From: Candidatus Saccharimonadota bacterium
Lineage (GTDB): Bacteria > Patescibacteriota > Saccharimonadia > Saccharimonadales > AWTP1-31
Reading direction: 5' to 3'
Length of the DNA: 64,000 nucleotides
Assembly: GCA_052034955.1 (NCBI GenBank)
Contig: JBPOHZ010000002.1
Coordinates: forward strand, 10,790-74,789
Position numbers and translations under genes: made by a program. How positions within the stretch are numbered: position 1 is the first letter of the stretch; the number at the start of each line of letters is the position of its first letter. Positions 11,200 through 20,655 of this stretch are shown piece by piece. The notes under the pieces are model-generated. The model did no database searches. It saw nothing but the letters and a program-made list of their open reading frames with translations, and was not told the DNA's origin.

Positions 11200-12101
11200 G
11201 AGAATAACTGATTAGCAACAAATCGGTACAAAGAGGTATGCTCTCGGTCACTCCGTTGAGCGACAATTACATCTCCGACCAACTTCTCGTCAAAAGCAAT
11301 TCCTAGCCCCAGGGCATGATGTAAAATCCTTCCGGTCAATGCTCTTCGACGTTCGATAATATCGATAATTCGGAGTAGTTCCAGCGTAACCCTGGCCCTT
11401 GGTGGCTGTATATCAGAACCACTTGCCATAGCTTCATCAACATCCAGATGGGCTTGATGGACACGAGAAACTGGTTGATCGGATCGATCCTTAACCGATA
11501 AATCCACTAGTGATTGTCTTAGCCTAACGGACATCGGATCACCAACCGAATGCCAATTGCGCTCCAGGCTTGTACGCCTATCTCTCATAAAAATATCAAG
11601 GTGATCATAAGCTCTTTTTAAATCGTTGGGGTGGCCATATATGGTTCCCAGGGCGGCGGCCGGCATGGCAAGTTGAGCAGCAGATGTTGCTCCCTTTCTT
11701 TCAAGCCAACTTAGCAAGCCTTCTGATCTGACATATAAATTTCCTTTTGTTTGTCTGCTAATTCCGCGTACACGTCCAACTATTGCGGCGGCCATAATGC
11801 CGCCACCAACCGCTTCGGCGATCTCTGTATCTGTTAATGACCTCTCTGATTCCAGACTAGGCAGCCGATCTAAAAAGCCTTCAACGGCATCAATAGTAGA
11901 TGGAACAATTACATCTGCTGTTCTTAAAACAGAAACGTCATGATGAATCCTTGCGACAGCATCCGGAGAAGGCTCGTCAAATAATCTATCTAGGTGATAG
12001 ATCATGGCTCCTTGTTCTGAGCCAAAAAAATCTAACTGGCCAGCCTGGCTGGCTTCCATAATCCTTGCCATATTGGCTAAGTATACCCCTGTTAATAGCA
12101 A
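11196..12101 (-). CDS. Hypothetical protein
   Basis: A 301-aa ORF. An IHHD motif hints weakly at an HD-type fold. It is convergent with the CobO-like gene, with a 4-nt overlap. Confidence 0.45.
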   Translation of the reverse strand: MLLTGVYLANMARIMEASQAGQLDFFGSEQGAMIYHLDRLFDEPSPDAVARIHHDVSVLRTADVIVPSTIDAVEGFLDRLPSLESERSLTDTEIAEAVGGGIMAAAIVGRVRGISRQTKGNLYVRSEGLLSWLERKGATSAAQLAMPAAALGTIYGHPNDLKRAYDHLDIFMRDRRTSLERNWHSVGDPMSVRLRQSLVDLSVKDRSDQPVSRVHQAHLDVDEAMASGSDIQPPRARVTLELLRIIDIIERRRALTGRILHHALGLGIAFDEKLVGDVIVAQRSDREHTSLYRFVANQLFS

Positions 12102-12176
12102 TATGATATTGTCGTATTAACTACAAAATAATTATCTGATTTGTGCCATTGTGCAGACAGGCAGTAGGCTATAGTA

Positions 12177-12749
12177 ATGACCCGTCGTCGCAAAAAAGCT
12201 ATTCGCATAATTAGCCTCAGCATAATTGCTTCGTTGCTAACTTTGGCTCAACAAAAAGGCTACATGCAGCCCCTGCTAGAGCAGGCCGAGGTTAACCAAC
12301 CGGGGCTATATAAAGTAACTAGCTTCTCCGATGGTGATACTATCTCGGTCGACATGAACGGTGTCACCGAAAAGGTTCGGCTAATTGGAGTAGACACACC
12401 CGAAACTCATGACCCTCGCAAAGAAGTCCAGTGTTATGGCCAAGCCGCCAGCGCTTTTACCAAACAGCTTATAGGAGCCAATCGAGTCAGGCTCCAGGCC
12501 GACCCAGAAAACACCAACCGTGACCGCTATAAAAGGCTTCTCCGTTATGTCTATCTGCCGAATGGTCAGCTGGTAAATGCCGAGATCATAAAGCAAGGTT
12601 TCGGCTTTGCTTATGTATATTTTCCATTCAGCAAGTTAGAAGAGTTCAAAACCTATCAGAAAGAAGCAGAATCTAAGGGTCTAGGACTGTGGGGAGAGTG
12701 CCAGGTCCAGATTAATGACAGCGGCCAGAGCTCAACTGGTGCAAATTAA
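12177..12749 (+). CDS. Membrane-anchored thermonuclease (SNase/micrococcal nuclease family)
   Basis: GDTI..VRLIGVDTPE, RDRYKRLLRYVY and NAEIIKQGFG match the SNase fold. It has an N-terminal TM anchor. Confidence 0.88.
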   Translation: MTRRRKKAIRIISLSIIASLLTLAQQKGYMQPLLEQAEVNQPGLYKVTSFSDGDTISVDMNGVTEKVRLIGVDTPETHDPRKEVQCYGQAASAFTKQLIGANRVRLQADPENTNRDRYKRLLRYVYLPNGQLVNAEIIKQGFGFAYVYFPFSKLEEFKTYQKEAESKGLGLWGECQVQINDSGQSSTGAN

Positions 12750-13594
12750 TCAAAAGGGTGGGGGCGGGGCTTGTTACGATTGGTAAATAGTTTTTTAATC
12801 GAGTATTTCTCGGTTTTAACGTCGTAAGACAGATAGAGTGGGCGGAGCAAAATAAATCCAAGCAAGTAAGCAATGATTGATACCGAAGACCCAATAGATC
12901 TTATTCCGTGCTGCTTGTAGGTCACGCTCTGCAATCTAATGTATCTCATAAAGCCCTTAAAGCTGTCCGAGCCTCGGCGCGCCGACATGCCCGACCGTAA
13001 TCTGATGTCGTAGAGAAGCTTACGACCAGATTGGAATAAATGAATGGCCAGATCGGCATCCTCAAAAATATACTCCTGGACACAAAGTTCATCCCTAATA
13101 AATTCCCAAGCCGATTTACGGATTGCCATATTAGTCCCGAATAAAAATGGCCATTTTTTCTCGTAGCGCCACAGTGTATGTTTAAAAAAGTCTTCGACCC
13201 AGTGATTCAGGGGCGAAAAGGGCATATCGTACCAATGGGAGGATCCCGTAACAGCTGCTAGCTCCGGGTCTTTAAATACTTCCTGAAGCCTGGCAACCCA
13301 GTTTGGCTCGATTCGTGAGTCGGCATCAATCCGACCAATTATTTCACCTTTGGCGGCGTTAAACCCAGTAGTCCGGGCGTACAATGCGCCTTGTTTCTGC
13401 TCATTAATTACTCTAACGAAGCTATATTGCTTGGCTAATTTAACAGTGTTGTCGGTCGAGTTATTATCGACCACAATTACCTCTAAGGACTTAACCGTCT
13501 GTCGGGCTATGGCTTCTAGGCAGGGACCTATGTAGTCCTGCTCATTGTAAACTGGTATGATTATAGAAACCGTAAGCCTTTTAGGCATAGACAT
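12746..13594 (-). CDS. Family 2 glycosyltransferase
   Basis: VSIIIPVYNE, VIVVDNNSTDNT and GRIDADS (DxD-like). The start is taken at MSMPKRL (13594), not at the 13846 extension. Confidence 0.85.
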   Translation of the reverse strand: MSMPKRLTVSIIIPVYNEQDYIGPCLEAIARQTVKSLEVIVVDNNSTDNTVKLAKQYSFVRVINEQKQGALYARTTGFNAAKGEIIGRIDADSRIEPNWVARLQEVFKDPELAAVTGSSHWYDMPFSPLNHWVEDFFKHTLWRYEKKWPFLFGTNMAIRKSAWEFIRDELCVQEYIFEDADLAIHLFQSGRKLLYDIRLRSGMSARRGSDSFKGFMRYIRLQSVTYKQHGIRSIGSSVSIIAYLLGFILLRPLYLSYDVKTEKYSIKKLFTNRNKPRPHPFD

Positions 13595-13610
13595 GTGAGT
13601 ATAGTAACAA

Positions 13611-14852
13611 ATGCCAACCAAAAAGAAGACAGCCAAAGTATCCGCTCGGAAGATATCAGCACAAAAGTCTGCCCTAAATGCCACCCGCAAAGAATTAGCG
13701 AAGGAACGCAAATTAATTAGGACAAACAGTGGCCAAAAAGAAGCTCGTTTGTATCGAAGAATTCTAAATAAGATTCGTCTAGAAAAGCCAAAATTCTGGT
13801 GGATGGAACGCAAATGGTGGGAAAAGATTGGGATCGTCTTGGCCACTATATTGATATTGTTGGTAGGTTCTGCCTACGGAATCGCCCGTTGGTATATTGC
13901 TTCTCAGGCCAATAAGGAGTTTAAGTTTGGAGCAACCTTTATTCCTAGCTATGCTAGGTACTTCGACCTTGAGCCGGAGCCGACCATGCAGGCCATGATA
14001 GACGACCTAAATCTCCGTCATTTCCGCCTAGTAAGTTATTGGGACGAGATAGAAAAAACACCAGGGGAATTTGACTTTACCGAGCTAGATTGGCAGTTTA
14101 AAAAAGTTGAGGCTGTCGGTGGCACTGTGTCGCTATCTATTGGCTTGCGACAGCCCAGATGGCCAGAATGTCACATGCCCGAGTGGGCCAAAGGACAGCC
14201 AATGACACAATGGGCGCCAACTCTAAAAACCTTTATGGGGAAGGTGATTGACCGCTACAAGGACAGCCCAGCGCTAGAGAGTTACCAACTCGAGAACGAA
14301 TTTTTCCTTAAGGTATTCGGCGACTGCCCCGACCACAGTAGAGAGCGACTAGTCGACGAGTTTAATTTTGTTAAACAAAAAGACCCCGACCATAAGGTGA
14401 TTGTTACCCGCAGCAACAACGCCTGGGGGTGGGCGGTTAACGAACCTCGTCCAGATGTATCGGGCGTGTCGGTCTACAAGCGGGTCTGGGATAAAACTGT
14501 TACAAAACGTTACTACGAGTATCCATTCCCAGCTTGGTTCTACGCCTTCCTGGCAGGCGGCAATAAGATACTTACCGGTAAGGACGTCATAATTCATGAG
14601 CTCCAGGCCGAGCCATGGGGCCCAGACAAAGGAATTAAAGAGATTTCGATTGCCGAGCAAAATAAATCCCTTAATGCACAGCGACTGACCGACCGAATTC
14701 GCTACGGTAAGGCTACAGGAATGCGCGAGATCGATCTTTGGGGCGTAGAGATGTGGTATTGGCGTAAAGTAAAATTAGGCGACGACAGCCTTTGGAAGGC
14801 CGGCAAGGATGCTATCCGCGAACAGCAGTGCTACACTTGCTATCATAAATGA
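13611..14852 (+). CDS. Clan GH-A (GH42/GH5-like) TIM-barrel glycoside hydrolase with a basic N-terminal tail and a TM anchor
   Basis: RLVSYWDEIEKTPGEFDF, QPRWPECHMPEW, YQLENEF (acid/base) and HELQAEPWG. An alternative start is MERKWW at 13803. Confidence 0.6.
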   Translation: MPTKKKTAKVSARKISAQKSALNATRKELAKERKLIRTNSGQKEARLYRRILNKIRLEKPKFWWMERKWWEKIGIVLATILILLVGSAYGIARWYIASQANKEFKFGATFIPSYARYFDLEPEPTMQAMIDDLNLRHFRLVSYWDEIEKTPGEFDFTELDWQFKKVEAVGGTVSLSIGLRQPRWPECHMPEWAKGQPMTQWAPTLKTFMGKVIDRYKDSPALESYQLENEFFLKVFGDCPDHSRERLVDEFNFVKQKDPDHKVIVTRSNNAWGWAVNEPRPDVSGVSVYKRVWDKTVTKRYYEYPFPAWFYAFLAGGNKILTGKDVIIHELQAEPWGPDKGIKEISIAEQNKSLNAQRLTDRIRYGKATGMREIDLWGVEMWYWRKVKLGDDSLWKAGKDAIREQQCYTCYHK

Positions 14853-15751
14853 TGAAACCTACTTTTGGTGCTAGCTTATCAATTAAACAATGTCGCAATT
14901 TTAAATTAGACGATCAAGAAGTTCTAAAAGCCGCCATAACCGACCTGGGAATAAAACGCTTCCGGCTAATGAGCTATTGGGACGAAACCGAAAAAGTTCA
15001 GGGTACCTATGACTTTAAGGTATTGGATGCTCAGGTAGAAACAATCGCAAAGCTTCCCAACAAACAGGGGCAGGTCACAATGTGCCTAGGTGCCAGGCAA
15101 CCCCGCTGGCCAGAATCACATTGGCCCAGCTGGACAAAAGATATGCCGAAAGAAGATAGGAACAAAGCCCTATTAAAATTTATCGAGTCCGTTGTTAACA
15201 GGTACAAAAAACAATCCGTGATTGTCAGTTGGCAGCTAGAAAACGAGGCTTTGCTAAAAAACTTTGGCCAAAATGGTGATTTCGACCGCCAAAGGTTGAT
15301 TAACGAATACGCCTTAGTGAAGAAGCTCGATCCGTCCCGGCCAATCATTATGACCACCAGCACCAGCTGGGGAATACCTATGCGTGCACCGATTCCAGAT
15401 ATGGTTGGCTTTTCTTTTTACCGTATAACTTTTGATAAAGGCTCTTACCGAAAATCTATTTACCAACCTTGGATATTCAAGCTGCGTGCCGGATTAATAA
15501 AGATAATCTGGAGACGCCCAAGCTTTATCCACGAACTTCAAGCCGAACCCTGGGGGCCAAAGAATATTTGGGAAATGGACAAGTCCGAACAGGACAAATC
15601 GATGAGTCTGGAAATTCTAAAATCAAACATTGCCTCTGCCAGGGCGACTAACCTTGAAACTATTGATTTGTGGGGACTGGAATGGTGGTATTGGTTAAAG
15701 TTCAATCAGAATGATGAACGAATTTGGCAGTATATCAAGCAGCATCTGTAA
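14849..15751 (+). CDS. Paralogous clan GH-A glycoside hydrolase lacking the anchor
   Basis: It is collinear with the upstream gene (RLMSYWDETEKVQGTYDF, QPRWPESHWPSW, WQLENEA, HELQAEPWG). ATGA start/stop overlap. Confidence 0.6.
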   Translation: MMKPTFGASLSIKQCRNFKLDDQEVLKAAITDLGIKRFRLMSYWDETEKVQGTYDFKVLDAQVETIAKLPNKQGQVTMCLGARQPRWPESHWPSWTKDMPKEDRNKALLKFIESVVNRYKKQSVIVSWQLENEALLKNFGQNGDFDRQRLINEYALVKKLDPSRPIIMTTSTSWGIPMRAPIPDMVGFSFYRITFDKGSYRKSIYQPWIFKLRAGLIKIIWRRPSFIHELQAEPWGPKNIWEMDKSEQDKSMSLEILKSNIASARATNLETIDLWGLEWWYWLKFNQNDERIWQYIKQHL

Positions 15752-16808
15752 ATGATCGTACAGCAAACGCGGCAACGGCAGGAATGTTGTCACCCCATGT
15801 GTGTCGACCATGTGTGACCTCTACTAAAGATAACTTCTTGTCGGGATGAGCTATAGCTGAACCCTTGGCTATTTCTACGACTGTACTAAAATTAGCTAAT
15901 AACTGATCTTCTGTTCCGTGTCCAATAGTCGTCTTCTTGGCTCCTGCAACAGATCCATCAAGTAAAGATTCCAGCTGTGCTGCAGCCATTCCCTTGGCAA
16001 GGGCTAGATTAACTAGTGGACGACGTGCAACTCCTAAAACATAGAGCAGATCCTGTAATGTCCTCTCGGTTTTACCAACCTCTAAGTCCATTCCTTGGAC
16101 GTGAGTATAAATATCAAGTCCCGCACGCTTCACTTGATGACGCAGATATTCAGAATCATTAGAAAAATCGGCTGCTAACTTAGCTAAAGAATCATATGGT
16201 TTGGAGCAGACAGGATCTCCGGATGCCACTGCAACAACATCAATATCCATTGATTCCGCTTCAGCAGCTGCCGATAAGGCAAGGACTCCACCTAATGAGT
16301 GTCCCATAATATAAAGTTTGTTAAGTTTTTGCCTACGTGCAACATCTAATGCTGCTTTTGTGAAAGGACTATAGTCAAAACCTGTCGCCATATCACTTCG
16401 CTCGCCTCTACTCAGTTTCAACCCACTTCGTCCAGATGGACTACCGACAACCATCACAGATAATGGACGTCCAACTCTGCTATATATGCCAGCTTGTTGT
16501 AAAACACTTTTGGTGTAATCTGCTCGAACCAAATGACTGTTTGTTACCCGATTACCAAATGGATTAAACATCAATACGGCTTCATTAATTGCACAATCCC
16601 AATCTGTAATTCGTGCAGTTTCTATTCCGGTTGCATCGTCAACAATTGTTGCCTCGCTGTGCCTAGTTGCGCGCTCATAAACATCCGCCATGATCTCTTC
16701 GTTAGGCCTTCTATTGTAACGAATAGTCTGTTCAACAACAGCTGGGGGCAATGACCCAAAATCAGCGTCCCATTTAATAATCTCTAAGTTTTCTGGTTGT
16801 GCAATCAT
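15735..16808 (-). CDS. Alpha/beta hydrolase (lipase/esterase-like)
   Basis: GHSLGG nucleophile elbow. It is convergent with the previous gene, with a 17-nt overlap. Confidence 0.7.
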   Translation of the reverse strand: MIAQPENLEIIKWDADFGSLPPAVVEQTIRYNRRPNEEIMADVYERATRHSEATIVDDATGIETARITDWDCAINEAVLMFNPFGNRVTNSHLVRADYTKSVLQQAGIYSRVGRPLSVMVVGSPSGRSGLKLSRGERSDMATGFDYSPFTKAALDVARRQKLNKLYIMGHSLGGVLALSAAAEAESMDIDVVAVASGDPVCSKPYDSLAKLAADFSNDSEYLRHQVKRAGLDIYTHVQGMDLEVGKTERTLQDLLYVLGVARRPLVNLALAKGMAAAQLESLLDGSVAGAKKTTIGHGTEDQLLANFSTVVEIAKGSAIAHPDKKLSLVEVTHGRHTWGDNIPAVAAFAVRSFTDAA

Positions 16809-16872
16809 ATTCCAAATTCTGCCATATTATTAGTGCTTTGTCTACTTATGGTTATCAGTTACAATAGGGGTC

Positions 16873-17343
16873 ATGGCTAAGAAAAAAGCAGTCAAACCCA
16901 GCGCTATAAAGAATCGCCGAGCTAGTCATGATTACGCTTTAGACGACTCATTATTGGTAGGCATTATGCTTAATGGCGCCGAGACCAAAGCCCTCCGTCA
17001 TGGCAGGGGCCAGCTTCGTGGTGCCTACGTGACTGTCAAAGACGGTGAGTTATGGCTGCTAAACGCTACCATCTCGGCTATGCCTGGTATCCCGATTGAC
17101 GAGACTATGCAAACTCGCAGCCGTAAACTCTTGGCTAAGCGCAAAGAGATAGACAAGTTAATCGCTACCAAGCAGCAGGGCCAAACAATCGTGCCATTAG
17201 AGATTCTTACCAAGGGAAGATTTATAAAACTTCGAATCGCTGCTGGTCGAGGTAAAAAGCATTACGACAAACGCCAAACCCTCAAAACCAAAGACGCAAC
17301 CCGCGAAGCTAATGTTGCAATAAAGAATCGAGTACGTACATGA
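16873..17343 (+). CDS. smpB: SsrA-binding protein
   Basis: KNRRASHDY, GAETKALR, RSRKLLAKRKEI and GRGKKHYDKR are collinear with SmpB. Confidence 0.95.
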   Translation: MAKKKAVKPSAIKNRRASHDYALDDSLLVGIMLNGAETKALRHGRGQLRGAYVTVKDGELWLLNATISAMPGIPIDETMQTRSRKLLAKRKEIDKLIATKQQGQTIVPLEILTKGRFIKLRIAAGRGKKHYDKRQTLKTKDATREANVAIKNRVRT

Positions 17344-17849
17344 GTATGGACGAAATAATCATAGTTGTGGATGAGCAGGACAAAGTTATTAAGTACAAAC
17401 CTCGTTCAAATTACCTTCCTAACGATCGCATTAGAATTACTGCAACATGGGTATTAAATAGCAAAGGCGACTCGCTAATTGCCCAACGTAGCCACCTAAA
17501 AACCAATCAACCGCTTTTATGGGGTCCAGCTGCAGCCGGAACAGTTGTGAAGGGCGAAAGCTATAAAGATAACGCCCTCAAAGAAATCGAAGAAGAAATC
17601 GGAGTTAAAGACATTAAACTAATACCAATTGATAAATTCATGTGGGATAACCCTGGCGAATTAAGGTATTGCTTCAGCTACAAAGTAGTTTTGGACTTTC
17701 CAATTGAGAAATTTGTTATTCAGCAAGAAGAAGTAGAAGCAGTAAAATGGGTGTCCACAAAATGGTTACTAGAAGATGTAAAGTTACATCCAGAAAACTA
17801 TCTTAATAGCTCTCATAAATGGGCAGAATTGTTCCATCTTGTCGACTAG
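17340..17849 (+). CDS. Nudix hydrolase
   Basis: Nudix box GTVVKGESYKDNALKEIEEEIGV. ATGA overlap with smpB. Confidence 0.8.
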   Translation: MSMDEIIIVVDEQDKVIKYKPRSNYLPNDRIRITATWVLNSKGDSLIAQRSHLKTNQPLLWGPAAAGTVVKGESYKDNALKEIEEEIGVKDIKLIPIDKFMWDNPGELRYCFSYKVVLDFPIEKFVIQQEEVEAVKWVSTKWLLEDVKLHPENYLNSSHKWAELFHLVD

Positions 17850-17943
17850 GGGTAGGTTAAGGTATAATTCATCGGTCGCTCCCCTGGAGCATGTACATTA
17901 ATTATTCTAGCGATGAGACACCCTAAAAAGTGCTCATTGTTAT

Positions 17944-18018
17944 TCGGGAGTAGCTCAATGGTGGAGCAAGAAGCTGTTAACTTCGAGGTTGCCGGTTCGA
18001 GTCCGGCCTCCCGAGCCA
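17944..18018 (+). tRNA. tRNA-Asn (GTT), CCA encoded
   Basis: Hand-folded cloverleaf with acceptor TCGGGAG/CTCCCGA, D arm GCTC/GAGC, anticodon loop CTGTTAA, and T arm GCCGG-TTCGAGT-CCGGC followed by G and CCA. Confidence 0.92.
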
Positions 18019-19476
18019 AGTTTGATTTTGAGAGCACTCTGAGATTACATCAAAGGGTGCTTTTAGATTGAAAACGAGCTTTTTGTCCTGAATTACGAGG
18101 TTCGAAAGTAGAAAGCGTAAAAGCTTGGATTTTAGAGCCGCTTTCGAACTTCGGAACAGTTTAGGGGCTTTTGTAGCTATCTCTAACAGATATGAACTGG
18201 TCAATAGAAAACTTTTATCATTATGGGTCAAATTAACGAGCTGGTCGTCTAATTGCTCTTGTCGGGCTTTCAAGTCCTTAACATATTCGTCATAGTCATT
18301 GAGAGTAATACGCCCGTCGAGCCTGTCCTCGTACAGCACACGCAGCTTTTTCTGTATCGTGTCATATTCTGAACGGGTCTGTTCAATAGCGTTAGCGTAG
18401 TAAAGTTGTTGGTTATCGTGGTGTTTACGCAGCTCGTCAATAACGTAGTTAACAATGTCATCGTTCATTTCTAGCTGACCAACCATAGCCGCAACTTGTG
18501 GCACAAGGTCCTTTTCTTTGATGTGTGGTTGCTTGCACGGACCTTTGCCCTTGCTGCATTGCATATAGACATTACCTTTGGCTGTATATGAGGACACGCT
18601 ACAACCGCAGCTGCCGCATTTCAGTAAGCCGTTAAAAGTATAGTCAATTGCTTGTTTCTTGGTACGGTTAGTACCTCGCTGTTCGTTCACGGCTTGGACC
18701 TTATCAAACATCTTGCGGCTTATAAGTGGTTCGTATTTATGAGGGTACAGCTTGCCGTTATACCGCATAACGCCGTAGTAAAACGGGTTTTTAAGTATCT
18801 GCTCAATCGTACTTTGCCCAATAGGGGTTAGTTTGGCTGTGTTATTTCTTAAACCCTCTTTTTTGAGCTGTGCAGCTATACCTCTGTAAGGCTTACCGAT
18901 TAACCGCAATTCAAATGCTTTTTTAATATAGCCAGCTCGCTCTTGGTCGAGCAGCACGGTTGTCTCTTTATCGCTAATTCTGTGGTTTACATAGCCAATG
19001 GGTGCTTTACCAGGCCACTCGCCATCGTTCAGTTTTTGCTCAAAGCGGCGTTTAACGTTATCCCTGATACTGTCAGAGTAGTAGCGAGCAAGTGCCACGC
19101 CAATACCAAGCCTGAACAAGTCAGGAGCACCAGAGTTTTTAGTAACGCATAAATTGTCTGACGGAAAGTGTATCTCAATTTTGCCGTCCTCTCGGAGTTT
19201 ATTGAGTATTTTTACCTCGTCGGCTGAACTGTCCCTTGTGTAGCGGTCAATTTTGTCAAAGACAACAATACACTCATTAGGGTAGTCTTGGATACTTTTT
19301 ACAATGTTGCTAAACGTCTTACGGTTATCTTTATATGCACTTTCATCAAACTCAAAAAGTTCGTAATCGTAGTCTTTGTCTTTTGCATACTTTTCAAGCC
19401 GCAAAACCTGTGCAGGTAATGCCTGCCGTTGTTCTGGGTCTGATACTCTTGCTATTAAAAATGCCTTAGTTTTCAT
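17977..19476 (-). CDS. Large serine recombinase (integrase)
   Basis: N-terminal resolvase domain (FLIARVSDPEQ, DKIDRYTRD), recombinase domain, Cys cluster CGSCGC...C...C and a coiled coil. The last 13 codons and the stop are antisense to tRNA-Asn. Confidence 0.88.
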   Translation of the reverse strand: MKTKAFLIARVSDPEQRQALPAQVLRLEKYAKDKDYDYELFEFDESAYKDNRKTFSNIVKSIQDYPNECIVVFDKIDRYTRDSSADEVKILNKLREDGKIEIHFPSDNLCVTKNSGAPDLFRLGIGVALARYYSDSIRDNVKRRFEQKLNDGEWPGKAPIGYVNHRISDKETTVLLDQERAGYIKKAFELRLIGKPYRGIAAQLKKEGLRNNTAKLTPIGQSTIEQILKNPFYYGVMRYNGKLYPHKYEPLISRKMFDKVQAVNEQRGTNRTKKQAIDYTFNGLLKCGSCGCSVSSYTAKGNVYMQCSKGKGPCKQPHIKEKDLVPQVAAMVGQLEMNDDIVNYVIDELRKHHDNQQLYYANAIEQTRSEYDTIQKKLRVLYEDRLDGRITLNDYDEYVKDLKARQEQLDDQLVNLTHNDKSFLLTSSYLLEIATKAPKLFRSSKAALKSKLLRFLLSNLVIQDKKLVFNLKAPFDVISECSQNQTWLGRPDSNRQPRS

Positions 19477-19527
19477 AGTTATTCCTTTCTCTGTTACTAT
19501 ATACCATTATATAACAATTGATGACAA

Positions 19528-20655
19528 TCACAGAGAACCTTTTATTTGGTCCATTGTGGTCGGCTCAAATTGTTCAAGCATTTGGTTAATGCCCGTTATT
19601 GTCTTGTACTGGACCTTGTGCGTTGGCTTGGTTAACGGCTTTAACCGTGTCCAGGCGTGCTTGCCGAAACGGTCCTCAAATAACGCTCTTATATGCCGTT
19701 GGTCGCTTGCGGTCAGTAGTAGAGCCATACCAAGCCGTGCCGCAGCTTGTTGAGGACCTTTCAGCTCATCTGTCTGCAAAATGTTAGCCAGTACCTTATG
19801 AGGCTCGTTACTATCTAATGCCAGCTTGGGCAGGGTAGTGAAAAAGTTTTGCCAATGGTGCTGTAAAAGCAGTTTTGACAACTCGGTAGAGAACACATTT
19901 TTAAAAGTCAGTGGCTTATCAAAACCAACCGCTTTTAGAGCGTCTGTTGTTTTCCTTTTGCCGTTCAACCTAACCTCGTATCGCATAACCGCTACGGGCT
20001 GTGTTCGTGCCAACTGGTCCAGCAAATCAAGCTGTACAAAGTTATCTTTTTCCTGTGTACGTTTTTCGCTAACTTTTGATTGTCGCAAGTCAGCCAGCTT
20101 ATCGTAGATGGCAATATCAAGCGAGTTGGTGTGAACGTGCAGCACATAACCGCCATTACGAAAGTTAGTGTTTTGTATGTCGTAAGTTTTGCTTATGTCA
20201 GCCGTTCGTAGCATTTGCAAGACAGCCGAGCAAGACGTGTAATCGTCAAACACAAAGTTTTTGCTGTAATGTAACGCTCTTATCTCTGCTTGTTCTAATT
20301 GCTTAGTAAATAACCAAACGCCCATTTCTCGGAGCGTTTGCTGTAATTGGCTAACGACCAGCGTAAAGTCGTTATCGGTTAGTTCGTCAAAGTTATTGCC
20401 GAAAGCAATCTTGGGCAGGCTCAACTCAATTGCCAGCTCATAACTAGCACGTTTGTAGCCTCTGGGACGCTGTGTGTAGGTCAGACGTGGCTGATACTTG
20501 CCCAGCTTTTTGATAGCCGCTGACGGATTAGCCATTGCCTTGAAATAGCCAAAATAGTCAGGGTTTATACTATCAAGCGTCGGCTGAAAGTTGGCTCTTG
20601 CGTGTAATGGTTTGTCCATCTTTATTACCAGCTTTATTGTGTCTATCATCGTCAT
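19528..20655 (-). CDS. Putative rolling-circle replication initiator (Rep_trans / gene II-X-like)
   Basis: MIDTIKL N-terminus, HUH-like LHVHTN, AIYDK, and RYEVRLNGKR resembling the RxE-type block of Rep_trans proteins. The start could be 20655 or 20649. Confidence 0.55.
   Translation of the reverse strand: MTMIDTIKLVIKMDKPLHARANFQPTLDSINPDYFGYFKAMANPSAAIKKLGKYQPRLTYTQRPRGYKRASYELAIELSLPKIAFGNNFDELTDNDFTLVVSQLQQTLREMGVWLFTKQLEQAEIRALHYSKNFVFDDYTSCSAVLQMLRTADISKTYDIQNTNFRNGGYVLHVHTNSLDIAIYDKLADLRQSKVSEKRTQEKDNFVQLDLLDQLARTQPVAVMRYEVRLNGKRKTTDALKAVGFDKPLTFKNVFSTELSKLLLQHHWQNFFTTLPKLALDSNEPHKVLANILQTDELKGPQQAAARLGMALLLTASDQRHIRALFEDRFGKHAWTRLKPLTKPTHKVQYKTITGINQMLEQFEPTTMDQIKGSL

Noticed and set aside
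13595-13846. The N-terminal 84-aa extension of the GT2 ORF (track start 13846)
   Set aside because: The GT2 fold begins at MSMPKRLTVSIIIPVYNE (13594). The extension is low-complexity, overlaps the divergent GH gene, and is not needed for the domain.
17846-18037. A 63-aa minus-strand ORF covering the tRNA-Asn region
   Set aside because: It is the antisense reading of a well-folded tRNA and its upstream promoter region, so it is spurious.
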